From Candidatus Krumholzibacteriota bacterium (GTDB lineage Bacteria; Krumholzibacteriota; Krumholzibacteriia; JAJRXK01), in the NCBI GenBank assembly GCA_963727455.1, contig CAVSGG010000015.1, positions 53,959 through 117,958 on the forward strand: DNA of 64,000 bases, written 5' to 3'. A model generated the notes under the pieces. That model was given only the letters and a program-made list of their open reading frames with translations, was not told the origin of the DNA and searched no databases. Below, piece after piece: positions 10,497 through 19,871 of the stretch (positions within the stretch are counted from its first letter, which is position 1; the number at the start of each line of letters is the position of its first letter). The translations under genes and the position numbers were made by a program.

Positions 10497-11363
10497 TCAA
10501 GCCGGCGGGCCGATTTGCGTCAGCTCTTCCACTAGCTCGGCCGAGGTCTCCTCCATTTCAATGATAAAGCGATCGATCACTGAGAGAAAGAAGCTGTAGC
10601 CAATACTGGCCGGAATGGCGATTACAAGCCCAGCTGCGGTGGTGATGAGGGCCTCGGAGATACCGCTCGCCACCAGTTTCGCGTTCACCTGATCGGCGTT
10701 GGCGATGGCCTCGAAGGCGTTGATCATACCGGATACGGTCCCGAGGAAGCCCAGCAGAGGCGCGACGTTCGCCACCGTGGAAAGAGCCACGAGCCCGCGC
10801 TCCAGGAAGGACATCTCGATGGTACCCGAAGTTTCGATGGCCTTCTCCACGGCCTCGGGTCCGCGATCCGCGCGCAATAATCCACTGTGGAGAATCGCCG
10901 CGATCGGTCCTCGTGTCCGCTCACAAACCTGCGCCGCTTCGGTCACGCCGTCGCTGCGCAGAGTGGTAATTACGGTTCCGATGAGCCGTCGGGTGTTGGT
11001 TCGTGCGCGCGCCAAGGTGACGAAACGCTCGATCAATACCGCGATCATGACGACTGCGCAGAGGAAGAGAGGCAGCATGAAATTGCCACCCTTGATGAAC
11101 AGCTGGCCGGCGCCGCTGCGGGCGAGCCAGGGCATGTCCCGCTCGAACCACCCCATGAAGCCGCCCACGGGAGCTTCGACGACCACGACTTCGTCACTGG
11201 AGTCCGAGAGCGACCACGCCAGCGAGTCCGCCGTGTTCATGACTCCCTCGAAGTTGAGGGAATCGGGAGGGGTGGCATCCTGAGCCACGGCCGGATGCGC
11301 GAATGCCAGGGTCAGAGCCGCGACAAACAGGAGGGCGCATGTGAACAGACCATTGCGAGCCAT
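10497..11363 (-). CDS. exbB: MotA/TolQ/ExbB proton channel protein with N-terminal signal peptide
   Basis: LERGLVALSTVANVAPLLGFLGTVSGMINAF and GISEALITTAAGLVIAIPA. Start ATG 11363 after SD-like GGAAAGG. Confidence 0.93.
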   Translation of the reverse strand: MARNGLFTCALLFVAALTLAFAHPAVAQDATPPDSLNFEGVMNTADSLAWSLSDSSDEVVVVEAPVGGFMGWFERDMPWLARSGAGQLFIKGGNFMLPLFLCAVVMIAVLIERFVTLARARTNTRRLIGTVITTLRSDGVTEAAQVCERTRGPIAAILHSGLLRADRGPEAVEKAIETSGTIEMSFLERGLVALSTVANVAPLLGFLGTVSGMINAFEAIANADQVNAKLVASGISEALITTAAGLVIAIPASIGYSFFLSVIDRFIIEMEETSAELVEELTQIGPPA

Positions 11364-11471
11364 TGGCTGCCTTGTCCTTTCCTCGGGTGAAGAATTGCGC
11401 GGGTTATTTGGAGCCGCAGATGACGAAAAGAGCGTCGACCCCGACCCGGAAATATCCGAAAAACAGGCAGT

Positions 11472-11501
11472 AGTATAAGGAGCGCGTTTTCGCACTGTCA
11501 A
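11472..11501 (-). promoter_or_regulatory. Sigma70-type internal promoter for exbB-exbD-exbD-tonB
   Basis: Minus strand TTGACA (11501-11496)-N18-TATACT (11477-11472) in the AT-richer intergenic gap. Confidence 0.75.
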
Positions 11502-11528
11502 GACCTGCTTCCGCATCAAAACAACCCC

Positions 11529-13034
11529 TTAGTCCTTGCGAAATGGAGAATTGGAGGTTTCTAGGTGATAGACCCCCGTGCCGAGTTGGTCCACGAACAG
11601 GAACCTCAGATCCGTCCCCTCTGACCACTCTGGAGCCTCGCTCTCGAGGAGGGGATCGCCAACCTGGTTGTAGATCCACAGCTCGAACGCGGCGAGAGAA
11701 TTCAATGATCCGGGAGTCAATCTAGATAGGTCCTGCTGGGTTTCAAAGCGCGTTCGGTCCAGAGGTACCACGGACTTGATCGTCCTTCCCTGACGATCGA
11801 CTTGCGTGGGATCGTGCACCTTCGCCACCGCCTCCTGAACCTCTTCGGTATCGTTGGGCACGACGTCAAATTGCTTCTGGGCCGGAGGACCGTAGTGAAT
11901 GTATACGCGCCCGCGGGCGGTCAGCGGCCCCGGCGTTCCCTGTTCCCCGAAGAAGCGTCTCGCGTAATCCACTCGTCTTTTGAAGCGGTCGTAGGTTTCG
12001 TTGGCCTTGGTCCCGGGCGTGGGATCGTGTGCCGCCCAGAACTTGTCGAGCGCCGCCGCCCTTGCCGTGGGGGGCAAGCTCTTCACACGTTCCCTCTGCT
12101 CTCCGCGGAGCAGAAGCTCGATCTCCAGATCCACCAGGTGCGAATCTCCCAGTAGATGGTTCATGTTCCACGCCACCACGAACTCACCTTGGCGCGTCTC
12201 AGCTCCCGGCTCCATCGGAACGATGGTCAGGCGATAGCTTCCCTCGAGAAAGGTCGCCAGCGGAGCGGAATAGGTCGCGGCGCGTCGCTCTCCTTCGCCC
12301 ACCACCTGGATGGTATCCCCCTGGCTGAAACCGCTCAGCGGATCCTCGATCCGCACCGACAGGGGAACCGCTTCTTTGAGAGCGCGGTTGAGCTCGAAGT
12401 AGACCAGAAGCGTGTCCTGGTTGATCCCGTAGAGACGCCCTGGGTTGGGCAGCTGCGGTCCCTGAACGGTATTCCAGCGGAACTCGAGGTCACTCAGGAA
12501 ACAACCGCCTGCTTGCGGCGACGGAACGACCAGGATCCCCGTGGCCCTGCCCTCCCTGTCCGTGAGCCCTTGACCACTCTGCAGATTGTCCAGCTCGAGA
12601 GTCACCGCCCATGGGCCGGCCCCGACGTGGCGGCTGAGCTCGAAGAGAGCAAAACGCTGAGGATCTTGTGTCTGCTGGAGATCCTCGGCGTCGACCACGA
12701 ACATCTGCTCCGTATCGACCGAGACCTCCCCTTTCCGAGCCAACTTGAGGTGGAGTTTGGCCTTGGCTTCATAGCCGCCACTGGGCTGCTCTTGGAATTG
12801 CAGCTGCGAGTGGTAAACGACGACTGCTAGATCCAGGCGCGCGCCTTCGGCATCGAAGAACACTGGCAAGTCCGCGCTGAAGCTCAAATCCCCGTCGGAG
12901 TGCAGAGACAAGGGAACCCCGGCGCTCGCGAGCGAGCTGAGCCCGAGGAGAAGGAGAACTGCGGAGAAGACCGCGAGAAGAAGATCTTGGCCCGGAATCA
13001 ACCGAAGCGCCTCGCGTGTCCCTTTTCTTGCCAT
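11529..13034 (-). CDS. GWxTD domain-containing exported protein
   Basis: N-terminal hydrophobic signal; FWAAHDPTPGTKANETYDRFKRRVDYARRFF...GPLTARGRVYIHYGPP...FELWIY...FLFVDQLGTGVY. Confidence 0.85.
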   Translation of the reverse strand: MARKGTREALRLIPGQDLLLAVFSAVLLLLGLSSLASAGVPLSLHSDGDLSFSADLPVFFDAEGARLDLAVVVYHSQLQFQEQPSGGYEAKAKLHLKLARKGEVSVDTEQMFVVDAEDLQQTQDPQRFALFELSRHVGAGPWAVTLELDNLQSGQGLTDREGRATGILVVPSPQAGGCFLSDLEFRWNTVQGPQLPNPGRLYGINQDTLLVYFELNRALKEAVPLSVRIEDPLSGFSQGDTIQVVGEGERRAATYSAPLATFLEGSYRLTIVPMEPGAETRQGEFVVAWNMNHLLGDSHLVDLEIELLLRGEQRERVKSLPPTARAAALDKFWAAHDPTPGTKANETYDRFKRRVDYARRFFGEQGTPGPLTARGRVYIHYGPPAQKQFDVVPNDTEEVQEAVAKVHDPTQVDRQGRTIKSVVPLDRTRFETQQDLSRLTPGSLNSLAAFELWIYNQVGDPLLESEAPEWSEGTDLRFLFVDQLGTGVYHLETSNSPFRKD

Positions 13035-13076
13035 TGGTTCACGGCCCCGTGGGAGTCTCGCCCGGCCCAGAACCTC

Positions 13077-14030
13077 CTAGTACCGGAAAGAGACCGTGAC
13101 ACGATGGACACCGCCCAAACTCGACATGTCCACATAGGAGTAATCCAGGGCGGCAGCGCTGCGCTCTCCGGTGTGAATTCGAAATCCAGCGCCGGCGGAG
13201 AAAGTCTCTGCGTCGTAGTTCAGATTGTAGCCGCCGCGCAAAAAGAAAGTCTCGTCCATGCCATATTCCAGACCGAAATTGGCGCGTTCCGCGTTGTCCG
13301 CTGGATGTTGGAACTCGCCCGAGACAAGCACGCTCTGGCGCTTGGTTCGAATGGGCACGAAGCTGGCGCCCACCTTGAAGGTGGTCGGCATCCGGGCGGG
13401 ACGATCGTCATAGTTCACCTCGCCGCCCAAACTCTGAATGATCATCCCGATCTTCATGCCGCGAATCCCTACCCGGTAGAGGATCCCCACGTCCAGAAGG
13501 AAGGAGTTCACCGAAGTCTCCGCCAAACCGCTGTGCATGTAGTACCCGGTGAATCCGGCCGAGAACTTGTCGGTGAAGTAACGGCTGTAGGTGAGTCCCA
13601 AGGTGCTCATTCCATTGTCGAAGGTACGTCCAGTCCCCTCCGGCTTGAATGCGGTTCTCTCGGGCTCAGGGTCCATCCAGAGCGCCCGCGCACTGATGGC
13701 GAAAGTGCCTGGGATACTCCGGGGATTGAAGACGTATGCCGCATAGCTGAGCTTGATGTCCGCCGGCCACATCGTCTGATTCAGAGTCAGCTCACTGCCC
13801 CGGATGGACACGATCCCCGCGGGGTTCCAGTAGACCGCGGTGGCATCATCGGCAATTGCGGTGAAGGCCGAACCGAGTGCGGTCGCCCGCGCGCTCACGC
13901 CGATCTTCAAGAACTGGGCCCCGAAGGTACCTACCTTCTCGAACACCTCGGCCGCGCTGGCCACAGTGGGAATCGTGGCCATGAGGCTGAGTCCCAGGGC
14001 AGATAGAACGAGGACTTTCCGCAGCTTCAT
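13077..14030 (-). CDS. PorV/PorQ (UPF0164, FadL-like) outer-membrane beta-barrel
   Basis: Signal peptide; family-typical FLKIGVSARATALGSAFTAIADDATAVYWNPAGI; amphipathic strands; C-terminal DYSY...HRVTVSFRY ending in an aromatic residue. Confidence 0.9.
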   Translation of the reverse strand: MKLRKVLVLSALGLSLMATIPTVASAAEVFEKVGTFGAQFLKIGVSARATALGSAFTAIADDATAVYWNPAGIVSIRGSELTLNQTMWPADIKLSYAAYVFNPRSIPGTFAISARALWMDPEPERTAFKPEGTGRTFDNGMSTLGLTYSRYFTDKFSAGFTGYYMHSGLAETSVNSFLLDVGILYRVGIRGMKIGMIIQSLGGEVNYDDRPARMPTTFKVGASFVPIRTKRQSVLVSGEFQHPADNAERANFGLEYGMDETFFLRGGYNLNYDAETFSAGAGFRIHTGERSAAALDYSYVDMSSLGGVHRVTVSFRY

Positions 14031-14097
14031 CGATCAACCTCCGCTCCGAAAGAGCAGGTCAGGGACCTGAAAAACCCAGGCCCCCCGTTTTGAGCTT

Positions 14098-16881
14098 CTA
14101 GCGAATGACGGTGAACTTGCCCACCACCCGATTGAACTTGTTGTCATCGGATTCCACCGAGAATAGGTAGATTCCGCTCACGATTTCTTGACCGTTTCGC
14201 GATACCAGGTTCCAGGACACCGAACCATCGCCATCTCGACCATCGTGCGGGATTTCCGCCACGAGATCACCCGACAGGGTGAAGATCTTCACCGTGTTCT
14301 TCGATCTCGGCAAATTGCGGAATTCTACGCGGACTCCGGTTGGGTCGTCGGAGTTGGGATAGAGTTGACTGAACTCCGAAAGCGATTGTCGCGTCGCCGG
14401 GTTCGGCACCACGTAGATGTTGGCTCCGTTCGCCTTGCGATCTTCCGGAGTCTGCGCCACCGACTTTGGAGACGCGAAGGCGAAGTTGCTCTGGGGATCT
14501 CCCACCAGGCCGGGACCAGTCGGTGTCAGCTCGGTTTTGGACTGATCCACCGTGAAGTCCGAGGCGGTGACGGCATAAAAGTAGTAGATCCCGTTGTGCA
14601 CGTCCGTATCGACGTATTCGTAGAACTGCACCTGCGGATCGAGCTTGGACCAGTAGAGAGTGTCGACCTGATCGTAGCAGCACTCCCAGTTCCCGAGCTG
14701 GGGATAGGCCATCCCGATATCGGTAATGGTGCCGTCGGCCTTCCGATACCGGAGCAAGGTGCTCGGATTCAGCTTTTGCCTGTTCTCGTTCAGGATCTGA
14801 TCAATCAGCGCCGCGAGATCCTTGTACTTCGCCGCTTCGTACGAGCCTGGCCGGTTGACCAGGGGAGTATAGCGGATGGGATCCAATCCGGTATTGGGGC
14901 CCAGAGGGAGTCTCTCCGTCACCTCGTCGAGGCCGCCGCTGATCGAGCGGACAGTGGTGAAACTATCGACGAGATCGTATTCGGCAATGAGTCGCCAGAG
15001 CTTGGATTCCGGTCCGTTGTTCACCGAGGAGCCGTAGGGCCGGTCCCAGTTGTCCGCGCGCCAGATCCGGTAGGATTCGAAGTCCTTCTTCTGCAGGCGA
15101 ACGTCGTTTTCCAACTCGCTCTTGTTATTGAAGAACACGTGTACGCGATTGTTAGTCTGCCAAAGCCGCATCGTGGGGGCCGAGGGCGCGAGTCCCACGA
15201 GCCACGGGACCTTGTATTCCTTCCCCAGGACCCCGGTACAGCCGGCGAGGTAAGAGTTGTCGACGCCCTCCCCGTCCTGCAAGCAGGGGCTCTCACTGAG
15301 ACCCCGGATATCTTGCCCCGTACGCGCGCGTTCGAAGTCACAGTCGGCGTCGATGTAGATACAGCCGTCATCGTCCAAGTCCTTGGGCTCGATGAAGACA
15401 GCCCTTCCTTGGGCGATGGCCAAACTGTCGGTACAGTCGACGAAGAGGCTGAAGATTGGATTCGACGCGCCGCGAGGACCGAAGTCGTCGATACAGATCT
15501 TCGATTCCCGTCCCTTGATTCCCGTATCGGGATTAGCATCGCGATCGAAATCGGCCCCATAGTAGGTCAGAGCGGCTTGGATTGCATTACGACGCATTCC
15601 CTCGAAACCCTCGCCCATCACGAAGGCAGCCTGGAACTCGAGACTTTGGGTCGGCTCGAGGCCCGCAAACGGTCCGGTCGCTATGAGGATACGGTAGTCG
15701 TTGCCTCGACCCTGTCCCGGCTGAGGAAAACTGTCATATGCATGCCGCGACATGAGCTCATAGCGTTCGGAGTCGTTCGTTGGGTCTCCGCCGCGATCGA
15801 AGGTCGCGCTTCCGCTGAAATTCTGGAACGAAGTGATTCCGACGGCCTTCGGCGCAGTTTCACCGGTGGGATCGGTGTCGTGATTGAGCATGAACATGCC
15901 GAAGTAGCCCGTCGTGACTCCTGCATCACCATCTGCGTCGTAACAATAGGCGATGGAGAGAGGGACATACGACCCGTCCTGGGCGCGAACCGTACCCGAC
16001 CAATAGCCGGGCAAGTCGTCGTTGGCGATTTGCACGCCGCCGCGAGGGCCGCAGTCGGGATCGGCGAAGAAGCCCAGGTAGATGTCATCCAGAGGCGCGA
16101 CACCCGTATTGGTGATGGTAAATTGGAAGCCGATGAAGTCGTCGACCGCCTCGTCCTCCCACTGGAAGGTCTCTTGCACTACGTCGATGTGCAGAGGCTC
16201 GTGATCAGGATAGGCCTCGATTGCCTGTGGCGAATAGTCGGTGTAAAGACAGCGGAAATCCTGATTTCCGATGGCCGCGTAATCCTCGTCGATCTTCCCG
16301 TCACCGTCGTCGTCTTTCCCGTTCTTGGGATCTTCGTTGACCAGACCATCCTTGTCGTCATCGAAATTGGGGTCGGGATAACGTGCGCCTCCAGGCTCTC
16401 CCTGCCGCGAGGTGTAAATCGTCGCCAGTGGATCCTGCGCATCGGGGCGAAACTCGAGTTCGTACTGCCCGGTAGACACGGCGGGCACGCCGTTCTTGAT
16501 GGCGCCGAACCACAGACCGGCTGACCAGAGATAGTCCACACCACTACCCGCGGGCCACATCATCGACGGAGCGTCCGAGTAGCTCTGGCGCGTGCCCGGT
16601 TGTGAGCCTATGAGTCCGAAGTTTGTGATGTTGAGCTGGGCCTGTCCCACGTTCATCACGAAGTTCCCCAGGATCGTATAGCTTCCTTGGGCATCCTTCC
16701 CGAGAGTTGTGATCGCGGGTCCATCGTACCTGGCCACCGCCACCTTGGCGCTGACCAGACCACTAGCAAACACCAGGAGACAGACAAACAGACGCCACCA
16801 GTCGAACTTTTCACGAGTGGCAAGGAACCACATGCCCACAAGCCTCCTTCGGCGACCCTCTCGTCGAGTTAGAATTGCCAT
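14098..16881 (-). CDS. Large exported protein with acidic Ca-binding repeats, Cys-rich insert and T9SS type-A-like C-terminal domain
   Basis: Signal-like hydrophobic segment; DDDKDGLVNED and DDDGDGKIDED; C-terminal NIYVVPNP...EFRNLP..TVKIFTLSGDLV...WNLVSRNGQEIVSGIYLFSV...GKFTVIR. Confidence 0.8.
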   Translation of the reverse strand: MAILTRREGRRRRLVGMWFLATREKFDWWRLFVCLLVFASGLVSAKVAVARYDGPAITTLGKDAQGSYTILGNFVMNVGQAQLNITNFGLIGSQPGTRQSYSDAPSMMWPAGSGVDYLWSAGLWFGAIKNGVPAVSTGQYELEFRPDAQDPLATIYTSRQGEPGGARYPDPNFDDDKDGLVNEDPKNGKDDDGDGKIDEDYAAIGNQDFRCLYTDYSPQAIEAYPDHEPLHIDVVQETFQWEDEAVDDFIGFQFTITNTGVAPLDDIYLGFFADPDCGPRGGVQIANDDLPGYWSGTVRAQDGSYVPLSIAYCYDADGDAGVTTGYFGMFMLNHDTDPTGETAPKAVGITSFQNFSGSATFDRGGDPTNDSERYELMSRHAYDSFPQPGQGRGNDYRILIATGPFAGLEPTQSLEFQAAFVMGEGFEGMRRNAIQAALTYYGADFDRDANPDTGIKGRESKICIDDFGPRGASNPIFSLFVDCTDSLAIAQGRAVFIEPKDLDDDGCIYIDADCDFERARTGQDIRGLSESPCLQDGEGVDNSYLAGCTGVLGKEYKVPWLVGLAPSAPTMRLWQTNNRVHVFFNNKSELENDVRLQKKDFESYRIWRADNWDRPYGSSVNNGPESKLWRLIAEYDLVDSFTTVRSISGGLDEVTERLPLGPNTGLDPIRYTPLVNRPGSYEAAKYKDLAALIDQILNENRQKLNPSTLLRYRKADGTITDIGMAYPQLGNWECCYDQVDTLYWSKLDPQVQFYEYVDTDVHNGIYYFYAVTASDFTVDQSKTELTPTGPGLVGDPQSNFAFASPKSVAQTPEDRKANGANIYVVPNPATRQSLSEFSQLYPNSDDPTGVRVEFRNLPRSKNTVKIFTLSGDLVAEIPHDGRDGDGSVSWNLVSRNGQEIVSGIYLFSVESDDNKFNRVVGKFTVIR

Positions 16882-19871
16882 CCGATACCCACGCGGAAAA
16901 GACGGTGTTGCTGGAACACGCGCGGGTCGTTCACCGGGACGTAGTCGTTCCGGCCGCTGCCGTCCACGTCGTAGAGGAGCGCCCCGCCGTACTTGCCGGT
17001 ATCGGTCAGATACTGCGTATACGCAACCTGTGCGTTCGGGGCGACTGGTGCGACAAACGGCGCCTCCGTCGTCACGACGTCCTGATTGATTAGATTGAGG
17101 CCCTGCAGAAAGAGCGTCACTTTTTGGCCATACATGTTCACGTGTCGCTCGGCCTGCAGACTCAAGTCATACTCGTCCGGATGGCGACGGCTGTTTTCCA
17201 GCAGCGGATCAACCTTCTTCTCGAAGCGGAAGATGGGGGTCCAGGGGAAACCCGTTCCGTAGTCGAAAGTCATGCTGGCGGCCCAGACGTCCGGCTCCTG
17301 AACGCGCAGACCCAAGTGCAGACTGTGTCGCCGGTCCCAATCGAGCGGCAGCTCCTGGTTCGGAATGAACTGCAGGCCCTCGGGATTCGAACCGAAGGTC
17401 TGATCGCTAGCAACCCCGTCCGCAAAGGCAAAGGTATAGGCCAGTTTCATGCTCCAGCGGTTGCTATAGCGTTTATCCAGAGTGAACTCGACGCCGCGCG
17501 CGTTTGCGAAGGCTTTGTTCACGAATCGGCGCAGGGTGTTGCCGGTGGTCTCGTCGGTATATGTAGTGGTGGCGACGAGGCCGTAGATGTCCTTCCAGTA
17601 CACCACCATCTGGCCAGCCAGGTAGTCGTTGAATTGACGCCGGATTCCCGCCTGGTAGGCGATGGTCAGCATGGACTGGAGGTTGGGATTCCCCAGCGAG
17701 CCCTGGTTCCCAATGGGATCCTGGCTGGCGAAAAGCACGTCGCGCTCGGGAAACTGGATGAAGCGCCCATAGTGGAAGTGGAAGGCGTCGCGGTCGGTGA
17801 TGGGAAACGCGAAGCCGATACGTGGGCTGAACGCGGTCTTGTATTTCAAAACGTTGCGATCCACGCCTTCATTACTCAGCAGGATGTTCGCGGCGGAGCC
17901 CGGAGAGAACATGTCCCAGCGGAAACCGCCATTGACCACCATGCCCTCGTGCTCCCAGCGGTCCTGCAGATAGTAGGACGCCTCGGGGTTGAAGCTGTGG
18001 AGAACATTCCTGTTGCTACCCTGCGAATACTCCCCGGTGAGTCGGTCCAGGCGCTCGATCGCCGGTCTAGTCAGACTCTTGTCCCTTAAATCGTTGTAGA
18101 GAATTTTGAACCCGCTCTTGATCTTGTGACCCTTGTAGCGAGTGCTCGTGATGTCGAACTTCGAGGTGTACTGGACCGTCTTCTGGTCACGGAACACGTA
18201 GTAGTCGCCCGAGGTCACCAGGAAGGGATTGTCCTGATCGGTGGCGAAATCGGCGTTGAGCGGATACGAGGGTTGGGTGTCGAAGAAGGTCCCGGGCGCG
18301 TCGATTCCTCCGTGATTGAACTCGTACGGCAAGAGATCTCCGGCCACGGAATTGAAGCGATTGAACTCCAGGCGCGCCAGACGGAGAGTGTAGAAATCGG
18401 TGTCGTTGAGTGCGTGCCGCCACACGATCTTCGCCTGCGTACTCCAGCGCTTGGACTCCGGCCCGCGATTCGCCGAATTGAAGTCCACGTAGGAGGAGTC
18501 CTCCTGCACGGAGGAGAATCGGGACACGGGGTACTGGAAGCCTTCGAATTGCGGCTGCGCCGCCGCGAGGAAGGTGCTCCCCCTCGTGTCGCGCAGCTGC
18601 AGGACCGGCATGGGCTCGTAGAATGTGCCCTCACCACGATCGACCGCCACTCGCACCGTGTGCGCCAGACGCTGCATGTTCTGCACCCACGGCCCGTAGT
18701 AGACTCGGCGGGTGCGGCCAGTGAAACGGTAGCTCCCGGAAACCGATTCGATCTCGGGCATGGTGAGGATCTTCTGGGCGTAACCCTGCACGTCCCAGTT
18801 GGGTAGATAGGGATCGCTGCGGGTGAAGTTGGTCGTGATCTCGGCCGTGACCTTCCGGGCCCCCGCATCGTCGAACTTGTAGGCCAGCTTGAGCGAGCCA
18901 CGTCCCTGGTTGGTCTGCCGGCGACGCCACTTCCAGAGAGTCACCCCGAGCAACTTGACCTCGCTTTCCGGCCGATAGGCGCGGTTGTAGTTCTCGTTGT
19001 CCGAGAACGAAAGGTCGCCGTTGACGAAGTAGGTCAGGCGCGGAATGCCGGTGGGACCGCCGAAGGCAAATTCGAAACGGTCGAAATTGGTATAAGTGCG
19101 ATCCTGGCGACCAAAATCGTCGGTCAGGTAGCGAAAGCGCGCCTCGAACTTATCTCCGCCCTCACGCGTGGTGACGTTCACCACTCCGGAGAGCGCATTT
19201 CCGTACTCGGGATCCTGTCCGCCGGTAACGGTCTCGACGTTGGCGACACCGAGGCTGCCCACTCCCATCGACCCTCCGCCAAGGGGGTCATCCACCGCCA
19301 CGCCGTCGATCCGGAAGGAGAGCTCGCCGGAACGGCCGCCACGCACGTAGAGCTCGCCGCCGCGGGCCACGATTCCCGCCTGCTGTGCCACCGCTTCCTC
19401 GACCGAGTCCACGGCGTAGTCGGTGAGATCCTCACTGTGTACGGTCTGGGTGAACTCGGTCTCCTTCACCTCGACCATGACCGCCTGCCCCTCGACGACG
19501 AATTCGTCGAAGGTCTTCACCACGGTAACTTCCAACTTGAAATCCAGATTCGTGGACTTGCCGGGCGAAACGGTCACCGGCTGGGTCACCTTCTTGTAGC
19601 CGAGGTAGAGAATGCTGATGGTGTAGTTTCCGGCTGGGAGATCGCGCAAAAAGAAGCGCCCGCCTCCCAAGGACATGGTTCCCCACTGCGACTTGTCGCT
19701 GTCCCGCGTCACCACCACGTTGGCATAGTCCAGAAGTTCTCCGGTTTTTCCATTGCGAATGGTCCCCGAAATACCCCCCGTCTGCTGTTGTGCGAAAGCG
19801 GGAACGGCGCATACCAAGAGTACGAGTGCAAGGACGAGTGACGACCCGCGACCGAGAGACCGATGTAACAT
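16869..19871 (-). CDS. TonB-dependent receptor with N-terminal carboxypeptidase-regulatory-like domain
   Basis: Signal peptide; GGISGTIRNGKTGELL..ANV...LPAGNYTI...LGY domain; plug motif VRGGRSGE...IDGV..DP...TGGQDPEYGNALSGVVNVTTREG; FSPRIGFAFPIT; terminal Phe (GIGWQF). Start ATG 19871 after AAGGAG. Confidence 0.92.
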   Translation of the reverse strand: MLHRSLGRGSSLVLALVLLVCAVPAFAQQQTGGISGTIRNGKTGELLDYANVVVTRDSDKSQWGTMSLGGGRFFLRDLPAGNYTISILYLGYKKVTQPVTVSPGKSTNLDFKLEVTVVKTFDEFVVEGQAVMVEVKETEFTQTVHSEDLTDYAVDSVEEAVAQQAGIVARGGELYVRGGRSGELSFRIDGVAVDDPLGGGSMGVGSLGVANVETVTGGQDPEYGNALSGVVNVTTREGGDKFEARFRYLTDDFGRQDRTYTNFDRFEFAFGGPTGIPRLTYFVNGDLSFSDNENYNRAYRPESEVKLLGVTLWKWRRRQTNQGRGSLKLAYKFDDAGARKVTAEITTNFTRSDPYLPNWDVQGYAQKILTMPEIESVSGSYRFTGRTRRVYYGPWVQNMQRLAHTVRVAVDRGEGTFYEPMPVLQLRDTRGSTFLAAAQPQFEGFQYPVSRFSSVQEDSSYVDFNSANRGPESKRWSTQAKIVWRHALNDTDFYTLRLARLEFNRFNSVAGDLLPYEFNHGGIDAPGTFFDTQPSYPLNADFATDQDNPFLVTSGDYYVFRDQKTVQYTSKFDITSTRYKGHKIKSGFKILYNDLRDKSLTRPAIERLDRLTGEYSQGSNRNVLHSFNPEASYYLQDRWEHEGMVVNGGFRWDMFSPGSAANILLSNEGVDRNVLKYKTAFSPRIGFAFPITDRDAFHFHYGRFIQFPERDVLFASQDPIGNQGSLGNPNLQSMLTIAYQAGIRRQFNDYLAGQMVVYWKDIYGLVATTTYTDETTGNTLRRFVNKAFANARGVEFTLDKRYSNRWSMKLAYTFAFADGVASDQTFGSNPEGLQFIPNQELPLDWDRRHSLHLGLRVQEPDVWAASMTFDYGTGFPWTPIFRFEKKVDPLLENSRRHPDEYDLSLQAERHVNMYGQKVTLFLQGLNLINQDVVTTEAPFVAPVAPNAQVAYTQYLTDTGKYGGALLYDVDGSGRNDYVPVNDPRVFQQHRLFRVGIGWQF

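Noticed and set aside
14188-16524. 778 aa plus-strand ORF, and similar long antisense ORFs at 5211-6494, 31033-32460, 50153-51724, 53661-54998 and 56799-58043
   Set aside because: They lie antisense to well-supported genes and show no recognisable motifs; this is the shadow-ORF pattern expected from GC-rich codon bias.
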